Positions 57,074 to 64,000 of a stretch of DNA of 64,000 nt are shown piece after piece (position 1 is the first letter of the stretch; every line of letters starts with the position of its first letter). Below the pieces are notes generated by a model. The model saw nothing but the letters and a program-made list of their open reading frames with translations. It did no database searches and was not told the origin of the DNA. Location of the stretch: assembly GCA_965205975.1 (NCBI GenBank), contig OZ242195.1:640001-704000 (forward strand). The letters are read 5' to 3'. Source of the stretch: Candidatus Latescibacterota bacterium. GTDB taxonomy: Bacteria > Latescibacterota > UBA2968. Position numbers and translations under genes: made by a program.

Positions 57074-58684
57074 ATGTTGCGAGTCAGCGACCCCGACCTG
57101 ATCGCCCACTGGCCGTTCCGGGAAGACCTGAAAGACCATTCCGAAAGCGGTCTGCCCATCCAAAATCACGGTGTTGAAATCGGGGAATCAGGTGGACAAA
57201 GAAGCGCCCAATTCGACGGGGCGGAAACCTTTCTGGAAGTTCCCTGCGACCTGTCTATAGGGACAGGCGATTTTTCATGCGCCGGATGGATCTATACGGA
57301 AGAAACTGAAGTGGTCGGCGATATTCTCAGCCAATTCGATCCGGAAACCCGCCAGGGATGGCAGATTTCGGTCCTCACCAATACCGGAATGACCTCCACT
57401 GCCCAATCGAATTACCGCAACCTCCACTTTGGCATCGACAACGGGCATCTCGGGTCCTGGACCGATTGCGGTCGTCCCGGTCAGGCGGTCAAAATATCTG
57501 CACTTTCAACATTAGGTGGACACCTGTACGCCGGCACCTTTGAGAATGGCGAAGAAGAGGTCGGCCACCTGTGGCGCTATGAAGGGGAAAAACGCTGGAC
57601 CGATCTGGGCAATCCAGTCGGATGCAACTCTGTCAACGCCGTCGTCGAATTTCAAGGCGCGCTCTACTGCGCTCTCGGCCGGTATAATAGCATCGGCTCC
57701 GCTCTGGGCGATCCCCTGAACACCACACCCGGTGGCCAGGTTTATCGGGTCGATGCCGATGGTCAATGGACTTTTTGCGGACATCCAGGCATCGAAGACG
57801 CCACACCCGAAGAAACACCCACCACGGGACACAACACGGGCAAAGCCGACAACGCCACCGCGCTCACAGTCTATCAGGGTCGGCTCTACGCCACCAGCCT
57901 CTACCGCGAGGGTGCCTTTGTCTATGATGGCGGCACCACCTGGACGCCCATAGGTCCAGACGTGCGGCTGATGAGTTTCACCGTCTATCGGGACAGGCTC
58001 TACACCCTCGTCAATGGCGGCCCGGTTCTTCGCTACGAAGGCAACGCCGAATGGACCGACTGCGGCTGTCCAGAAACCTCTACCCAGACCTACTCGGCGG
58101 TCACTTTCAAGGGGCAACTCTATGTCGGCACCTGGCCTCAGGGCGAAGTCTATCGATATGACGGCAATACGACCTGGACCTGTCTGGGGCGGGCCGGGTA
58201 CGAACGTGAGATTATGGCGATGGGACTTTACAACGGCAAAGTCTATATCGGCTCGCTCCCAATGGCCAATGTCTGGCGGATGGACGGCAATCGGTTCACA
58301 TTCTTAGAGTCTCTGGACCGCACGTCCGCGCCCCTGCGGCGGGTCTGGTCCATGGCCATTTATGAGGGCCGCCTCTATGCTGGCACCCTGCCGTCTGGAC
58401 ACGTCTATTCGGTCGAAGCCGGAAAAGTCGCCACCTGGGACCGCGCATTTCCCGAAGGATGGCGACACGTAGCCGCTGTCAAGCAGGGCGGCGTTCTGAC
58501 CCTGTACGTCGATGGAATCTCCGTCGCTACAACAGATAGCTTCAATCCAAAACGCTACGACCTCGATCCCAACTGTCCTCTCTTAATCGGCTTTGGTGCC
58601 CACGACTATTTCAAAGGCGCCCTGCGAGACATTCGTATCTATCGCCGGGGCCTCACACAACGGGAAATCCAGCGCCTTCAGTGA
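57074..58684 (+). CDS. LamG/concanavalin-like domain protein with inserted beta-propeller
   Basis: LIAHWPF...FDG; repeated .G.LY.GT blades; WRHVAAV...LYVDG...FKGAL.DIRIY; GAGGAG RBS. Confidence 0.8.
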   Translation: MLRVSDPDLIAHWPFREDLKDHSESGLPIQNHGVEIGESGGQRSAQFDGAETFLEVPCDLSIGTGDFSCAGWIYTEETEVVGDILSQFDPETRQGWQISVLTNTGMTSTAQSNYRNLHFGIDNGHLGSWTDCGRPGQAVKISALSTLGGHLYAGTFENGEEEVGHLWRYEGEKRWTDLGNPVGCNSVNAVVEFQGALYCALGRYNSIGSALGDPLNTTPGGQVYRVDADGQWTFCGHPGIEDATPEETPTTGHNTGKADNATALTVYQGRLYATSLYREGAFVYDGGTTWTPIGPDVRLMSFTVYRDRLYTLVNGGPVLRYEGNAEWTDCGCPETSTQTYSAVTFKGQLYVGTWPQGEVYRYDGNTTWTCLGRAGYEREIMAMGLYNGKVYIGSLPMANVWRMDGNRFTFLESLDRTSAPLRRVWSMAIYEGRLYAGTLPSGHVYSVEAGKVATWDRAFPEGWRHVAAVKQGGVLTLYVDGISVATTDSFNPKRYDLDPNCPLLIGFGAHDYFKGALRDIRIYRRGLTQREIQRLQ

Positions 58685-59682
58685 CGGCTCTTCAGCCACC
58701 AGCGCATGGTATTACTGACCATATCCGCTGCGTCTCGTTGAACCCAATGGCCGCTGCTGGGGATGGTGACGAGTGTGTAGTCTTTGTTGATCCAATTCCA
58801 CGTGTCGCGTAACCCGTCTTTGTCAACAGCCTTGTCTTTCAACCCGTGGAATTGCAATATGGGCATGGTGAGATTGGGCATCTCCAGGCTCTGGCCAGAC
58901 CCCGCAGTTAGACCGCTATAGGCCGCCCGGTAGTAGTCGAGCATGCCCTTGACCGAGGATTGGGAGAACGCATTGATGTAGCGCTGCCGCACTTCGTCTG
59001 AGGCATTACCCACCGAAATACGTGTAAGCACCTCGGGCGAGAACCGTTTTTCGTATCCAGGCGTTTGAAAGTCGGTAATGTATTTAGTATTCCTCTTTTG
59101 CTCTGCCGTCGCGTTACGCAGCACGGTGCCGTAGCCCTTCGGGTGAGTCAGATTGCAGATCACCAGCTTGTTGACGAGTTGCGGATAGTACATGGCGAAC
59201 CGCCACGAAATGGCGCCCCCCCAATCGTGACCAACGAGGGTGACCGAATCGACCGCCAGATCCTTGATTACAGCTTCGACATCCGACATGAGATGGGACA
59301 TGGTGTAGTGTTCCACGCCTTCGGGCTTGCCGCTCTTGTTGTAGGCGCGTGTGTCCATAGCGACGGTCTTATAGCTGTCGGAAAGAGCGGCCATCTGTTC
59401 GCGCCAGGTATACCAAAAATCGGGAAAGCCATGGACAAAGAGAATAACGGGGCCTTCGCCCAGGGTGACGTAGTGGAGTGTCACCCCGTCGTTATCCGTC
59501 TCATGGTGCTCGACGCGGTCAAATACATCTGCCTTGACGTTAGCTATCGGGGATTTGACGGCACCCTTTAGGCGTTCCTGCTGCGCCTGCCCCTGGGCGA
59601 AGAAAATACAGGAGCAAATGACCACCAGTATTGAGCGTGTTATGCGTTGTTTGGTTCGTTGTGATAGTTTCATGGCGTTCAT
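58678..59682 (-). CDS. Alpha/beta hydrolase, epoxide hydrolase family, signal peptide
   Basis: HGFPD, GHDWGG, GHWVQ. Confidence 0.9.
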   Translation of the reverse strand: MNAMKLSQRTKQRITRSILVVICSCIFFAQGQAQQERLKGAVKSPIANVKADVFDRVEHHETDNDGVTLHYVTLGEGPVILFVHGFPDFWYTWREQMAALSDSYKTVAMDTRAYNKSGKPEGVEHYTMSHLMSDVEAVIKDLAVDSVTLVGHDWGGAISWRFAMYYPQLVNKLVICNLTHPKGYGTVLRNATAEQKRNTKYITDFQTPGYEKRFSPEVLTRISVGNASDEVRQRYINAFSQSSVKGMLDYYRAAYSGLTAGSGQSLEMPNLTMPILQFHGLKDKAVDKDGLRDTWNWINKDYTLVTIPSSGHWVQRDAADMVSNTMRWWLKSRH

Positions 59683-59702
59683 CGTTCCAATGGTTTGGGG
59701 GA

Positions 59703-60905
59703 TCAGGCTTTTGATGTTTGTTGGGCTTCACAAGTTTGTTTCCAGACATGGTGTTCTGCCATCATCTTTTCAACTTTTTCAGGGAAGGTGGCGCGCAGGT
59801 CGCGTTGTTCATCGGGATCGGTGCTCAGATCAAACAGGCCATCTGGTTTGCCGTCTGTGGCGTGGAGTTTCAGATTGCCCTCACGGACCGCGTCCTCTGT
59901 TCTATACGTCCAGTGCAGGGTGCGGTCCAGAGGTTGCTCTTTGCCTTTGAAAAGGGGCCACACGTTTTGGGCGTCAATGATGCGGTCGTCGGGCATGGTT
60001 GCACCAGCGAGAGCGGCGAATGTGGCGTAGAGATCGTAGTGTACCCAGGGGGTATGGATTTTTGTATTTGGAGCGATTTTTCCCGGCCAGACCGCGTTGC
60101 AGATGACTCTTAGCGAACGCTCCCAGAGAGTTCGGCCATACCCATTGGTTCGGCTGCCTCCCTGGTCGCTTAAGAAGACGATAAGCGTGTTTTCTGCAAT
60201 ACCGGCATGGTGTACTGCATCCAGCACGCGCCCTACGCACAGGTCCAGATATTCGACCATATACTGGTAGTTTACCATTGGGTCATCGCTGTGATAGTAT
60301 CCGGGTGGGGCCTGATAGGGGCCGTGTGGGGCATAAAAGGGGAGATTCAGATAGAAGGGCTCGGGTTTTTGGGATTGGTGGTTGATAAATTTGATGGCTT
60401 CATCCGTAAACAGAGTGTCGAAGTAACCCTCGTCCGCTATGGGTTCCAGGCCGCGAAAAAAGTGGCTTTTCATGTCGCGGTTGTAAAGGTGGGTGTAATA
60501 GTCGGCATGGCCTGCGTTGCTGCCGTAAAATTCATGAAAGCCGTGGTGTAACGGATTAAATTTTGCGGCATATCCCAGGTTCCATTTTCCAAACAGCCCT
60601 GTTGTGTATCCGGCATTTCGCAAAAGTCTGGCTATAGAGACTTCCCGGAGTGAGAGTCCGGATTCCGGGTCATCTGGACGTGTCTGTGAGTTGATGCCAA
60701 CCCGATATGGATGTCTGCCTGTGTTCCAGGCGCAACGCGCTGGTGAACACAGCGGGGTTGCGATCAGGCAGTTGTCGAATACAACGCCCTTGCTCGCCAT
60801 TGTGTTCAATCTGGGGGTGTCGAATATCCCTTCGCCATAATAATCGACTGCTTCGCAACCGAGGTTGTCGGCGACCATGAAGATGATATTTGGGCGGTTC
60901 TTCAT
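59703..60905 (-). CDS. Arylsulfatase-like sulfatase
   Basis: CSPAR...TG, GKWNLG, APHGP. Confidence 0.92.
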   Translation of the reverse strand: MKNRPNIIFMVADNLGCEAVDYYGEGIFDTPRLNTMASKGVVFDNCLIATPLCSPARCAWNTGRHPYRVGINSQTRPDDPESGLSLREVSIARLLRNAGYTTGLFGKWNLGYAAKFNPLHHGFHEFYGSNAGHADYYTHLYNRDMKSHFFRGLEPIADEGYFDTLFTDEAIKFINHQSQKPEPFYLNLPFYAPHGPYQAPPGYYHSDDPMVNYQYMVEYLDLCVGRVLDAVHHAGIAENTLIVFLSDQGGSRTNGYGRTLWERSLRVICNAVWPGKIAPNTKIHTPWVHYDLYATFAALAGATMPDDRIIDAQNVWPLFKGKEQPLDRTLHWTYRTEDAVREGNLKLHATDGKPDGLFDLSTDPDEQRDLRATFPEKVEKMMAEHHVWKQTCEAQQTSKA

Positions 60906-60965
60906 TGATATTTCCTTAATTGATTGAAAAATATAAACTTATGGTTGTGGAGATCAGAGGCAATA

Positions 60966-62387
60966 TCAGTTCTGGAGCTCGGAATGGGTCGCATTGGCCA
61001 GTTCGCGCAGTACATTGACCGCGAGGAGGACATCCTCCCTGCGACAGTCGAATTGCCCGACCTGGAAGCGAATGACGAACTGTCCTTCATGGATCGTCTG
61101 CGTCAGGTAGATTCGGCCGTCATCATTGACCGCGCGGAGCAGGCGTTCGGTGGCGTCGTTGGCATTCTCACCGTTGGGGGCGTACTGGAACGTGAAGAGA
61201 GAGAGGTGGCAGTCCGTTGTCAGGCGAAAGCCGTCCAGCGATGCGATCGCGGCGGCGGCCTCTTCAGCCCAGGCAATATGGTTCCGGATGCGCTGTCGGA
61301 GGTCTTTGAGACCGTGGGCGCGGAGCAGGAACCAGAGCTTGAGGGCTCGGAATCGGCGCCCCAGGGGGATCGTCCACTCACTGTAATTGGTGATCTCGGT
61401 TTGACCGAGGGTCTGGAGGTAATCCGGACGGATGCCGAGGGTGCGAACCTGTGGTTCCGGGTCCGCGAGAAACTGGATTGAGCAGTCGAACTGCGCACCG
61501 AGCCACTTGTGGGGATTAAAGGCGATGCTGTCGGCTTCCTCGACGCCCTCCCACAACTTCCGTAGCTCGGGACAGATCATCGCGGAACCGGCCCACGCGG
61601 CGTCGATGTGGACGTAGAGATCGTGCTCTCGTGCCACTTCGATGGTCTGGCGCACATGGTCGGATGCGCCAATCGATGTGCCTCCAACACAGAGGACGAC
61701 ACCAGCCGGGAGAAAACCCGCGGCGCGATCTGCGTTGATTGCCCGACGGAGTGCCTCCGGGTCGAGTGCCCAGGAACCATCGGTCGGGACTTTGACCAGA
61801 TTCCGTTGGCCGATACCGGCGATGCGGATCGCCTTGTCAACCGACGAGTGGGTCTCTGGCGATGCGTAGATCCGGAGTTGTTTCTCTCCCGCTATTCCAG
61901 AATCGATTCCCCGCCAGCCAAGTGTGCGCTCGCGCATCGTCAGTACGGCGCAGACATTTGCCGACGTTGCCGTATCCTGAATAACGCCCTGGAATTCTTC
62001 TGGTAGCCCGAGTGCCTGGCGCATCCAGCCGGTCATCCGAGTCTCAATTTCCGTAGCTGCGGGTGAGGTCTGCCAGAGCATGCATTGGGCAGCCATGACC
62101 GCCGTCAAATTTTCGGCGATCATCGAAACCGGCGCAGCGTTAGCGCTAAAGTACGCAAAAAAGCGCCGGTGTTGCCAGTGCGTCATGCCGTCGGGTACGA
62201 TGCGCTCAAAGTCGGCGAAAATCGTCTCCATGCCAGCCGGCTCTTCTGGTGGCGATAGAGGCAGCATCGCAGCGATCTCGCCCGGTTCGGTCTGCGCTCG
62301 TACGGGCCGCTCTTCGAGCGTGGTCAGGTATTCGGCACCCCACCGTGCCGCTCGTTCAGCCCATTGAAAGTAGTCTTCTCGTTTCAA
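60966..62387 (-). CDS. PLP-dependent aromatic-L-amino-acid decarboxylase family
   Basis: THWQH..F.AYF, SPAATE.E, HIDAAWAG, NPHKW, LGRRFRALKLW. Confidence 0.93.
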   Translation of the reverse strand: MKREDYFQWAERAARWGAEYLTTLEERPVRAQTEPGEIAAMLPLSPPEEPAGMETIFADFERIVPDGMTHWQHRRFFAYFSANAAPVSMIAENLTAVMAAQCMLWQTSPAATEIETRMTGWMRQALGLPEEFQGVIQDTATSANVCAVLTMRERTLGWRGIDSGIAGEKQLRIYASPETHSSVDKAIRIAGIGQRNLVKVPTDGSWALDPEALRRAINADRAAGFLPAGVVLCVGGTSIGASDHVRQTIEVAREHDLYVHIDAAWAGSAMICPELRKLWEGVEEADSIAFNPHKWLGAQFDCSIQFLADPEPQVRTLGIRPDYLQTLGQTEITNYSEWTIPLGRRFRALKLWFLLRAHGLKDLRQRIRNHIAWAEEAAAAIASLDGFRLTTDCHLSLFTFQYAPNGENANDATERLLRAVNDDGRIYLTQTIHEGQFVIRFQVGQFDCRREDVLLAVNVLRELANATHSELQN

Positions 62388-62421
62388 TGCATTGCGTCCA
62401 GGTTTTTAGAAATCCAGTTCT

Positions 62422-63399
62422 TCAAAGGTAATCGCTGACGTCCATTTCAGGATATGCGTTCTTTATCAGTTCAACGGAGGTGGGTGTGTACATTGCGTCA
62501 CCGGGTTTCGGCCAGCCGAAGAGACTGCGAACCCTCGATGTCGTTTTTCCCAAAAAGGGTTTCAAGCGCCGAATCACTTCAGCTTCCCTTTTTCCGGTCG
62601 ATGTCCATGGCATGGTGTCTCTGCGTCCTATTGAAAAGAAGATAACGGCACGTTGCCTGTCCTTGTCTGCAAAAGGTTGTGCTGCGTGTGGCGTGTGTCC
62701 ACTGTAGAAGAGAACGCTGCCAGCTTTCCCGGTGATTGAGACGGGTTCCTGCGCGTGAAGAATTTTGCGGATATCGGCAAAGCGGTAGGAGTGAGGCACC
62801 TTGCGGATGTCGCCAAAGCCCAGGCCGTCGTCCTCAATCACACGCAAGATATCGCCCATTTTGTCGTGTACTCCTGGGACCAACCGAACAGGCGCGCAAT
62901 CTTCATCAATATCGTCCAGAAAGACCCAGGCCTGAATATGTCCATACCGCTGCCAATCTGGGTGAGGGGGAATAAAGGGTTTGGCCCAATCCAGGTGAAA
63001 TTCGATTTCCGGCTTCGTTGGGGCTTTTCTATCTATTCTGCCGTTTCGGATATAGACGTAACCGTGGTGGTAGTGTATATCAGGCGTATCCAGAAGCTGT
63101 TCCAGAGCATCCAGAAAAGGATCGTGTTCCAGGACCTGGTCTATGACCTCTACCCCTGTTGGAATGTCACAGAATTCCGCTCTGGGGCCGCCCATCCCGA
63201 GACCTGCTCCGGGCAGGCGTAGCTGATCCTCAAGGTCAGGGTTGGCCTTCAGTTCGGCAATGAACCCGGAAAAAGACTTTCCATAAGCGTTTTGTTCCGC
63301 GGTCTCAAGCGTCTCTGACAATTGGCCGGGTGAAAACAGATCCGGGACCAAGAGGTAGCCTTCTGTTTGATAAAACTCATACTGCTCTTGTGTCAGCAT
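62422..63399 (-). CDS. PhyH family dioxygenase
   Basis: FHLD, LDD, VPG.H, G.AGSV, TPH. Confidence 0.82.
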   Translation of the reverse strand: MLTQEQYEFYQTEGYLLVPDLFSPGQLSETLETAEQNAYGKSFSGFIAELKANPDLEDQLRLPGAGLGMGGPRAEFCDIPTGVEVIDQVLEHDPFLDALEQLLDTPDIHYHHGYVYIRNGRIDRKAPTKPEIEFHLDWAKPFIPPHPDWQRYGHIQAWVFLDDIDEDCAPVRLVPGVHDKMGDILRVIEDDGLGFGDIRKVPHSYRFADIRKILHAQEPVSITGKAGSVLFYSGHTPHAAQPFADKDRQRAVIFFSIGRRDTMPWTSTGKREAEVIRRLKPFLGKTTSRVRSLFGWPKPGDAMYTPTSVELIKNAYPEMDVSDYL

Positions 63400-63423
63400 T
63401 GTGGATCTCCGTTAATAAATCGC

Positions 63424-64000
63424 CTAAATTTCATCGTCATCCAGAGCGCGTTGTCCTTCAAACGGTCCCCAGTGAATACGCGCTCTGGTTCTTCTATCGC
63501 TCTTGTAAATCTCTGGATCATAATCCGGGTTTACCTTCGGGAATCGCGCCTCGACCAGTTCGAGATAGCGCATCATCTCATCGTAGAGTTTCTGGTGTGT
63601 TTCCGGATTCTGCTTTGCAATATTGGTAACCTCGCCAATGTCGCCAGAAAGGTCGAACAACATCGGGATATCCGGTCGTTCGTAAAAATGGATCACCTTG
63701 GATGAACCAGAAATAATGACCGAATGCGGTACAGAATTCCGATAATGGGGATAATGGAAATAGAGATAGCGATTTAGAAAGGCATCGTCCGGCTCTTTCC
63801 CCGCCATGTAATCCGCGAGGCTGACACCGTCGATATTCTGCAATTTTTCCGAGTCGCCACCAGCCCAATCGACGAAGGTGGGTAAGAAATCATAGTTGAT
63901 CACGTTGCCGGTAAAAGCTGAACCAGGTTTGATCCCGGGACCTTTGACAATCATAGGTACCCGGATGCCTCCATCCCACAACCACCACTTTGTTGCGTGT
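63424..64000 (-). CDS. Sulfatase, C-terminal part (runs off window edge)
   Basis: [26 protein letters not shown]. Confidence 0.88.
   Translation of the reverse strand, partial: HATKWWLWDGGIRVPMIVKGPGIKPGSAFTGNVINYDFLPTFVDWAGGDSEKLQNIDGVSLADYMAGKEPDDAFLNRYLYFHYPHYRNSVPHSVIISGSSKVIHFYERPDIPMLFDLSGDIGEVTNIAKQNPETHQKLYDEMMRYLELVEARFPKVNPDYDPEIYKSDRRTRARIHWGPFEGQRALDDDEI

Noticed and set aside
73..63705. Many long plus-strand ORFs (e.g. 6731-7414, 8543-9196, 41364-42056, 50554-51396, 60924-61481) and alternate-frame minus ORFs
   Set aside because: Shadows of well-supported genes, with no recognisable motifs
1..64000. CRISPR array or intact integron (intI/attI/regular attC)
   Set aside because: No regularly spaced repeats and no tyrosine recombinase ORF seen; only degenerate stubs

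Overview
Bacterial accessory region, 64 kb, with no housekeeping genes. About 63 apparently intact genes, about 9 gene fragments and one tRNA-like gene all lie on the minus strand. They are tightly packed (most spacers 0-80 bp) and functionally unrelated: GNATs, NUDIX, SAM methyltransferases, VOC proteins, AAC(3)-like, nucleotidyltransferase, beta-lactamase-like, MFS, toxin-antitoxin parts, MsrP, PhoD and glycan enzymes. Only 4 host genes and an IS630 are on the plus strand. Counting both strands there are 6 PhyH dioxygenases and 7 sulfatases. Gene content resembles marine Latescibacterota/Poribacteria-type genomes (inference). No integrase and no intact attC array are visible. Notable features: (1) a 105-nt non-canonical tRNA with an 8/4 allo-tRNA-like fold, a long variable arm and an 8-nt anticodon loop; (2) attC half-site remnants and short direct repeats at gene junctions, suggesting a co-oriented gene-accretion array; (3) repeated loss of toxin genes with antitoxins kept; (4) an IS605 left end with its tnpB 5' half fused in frame to a NUDIX gene; (5) an IS630 splitting a sulfatase at TA. 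All product calls come from motif recognition by eye, not from database searches.
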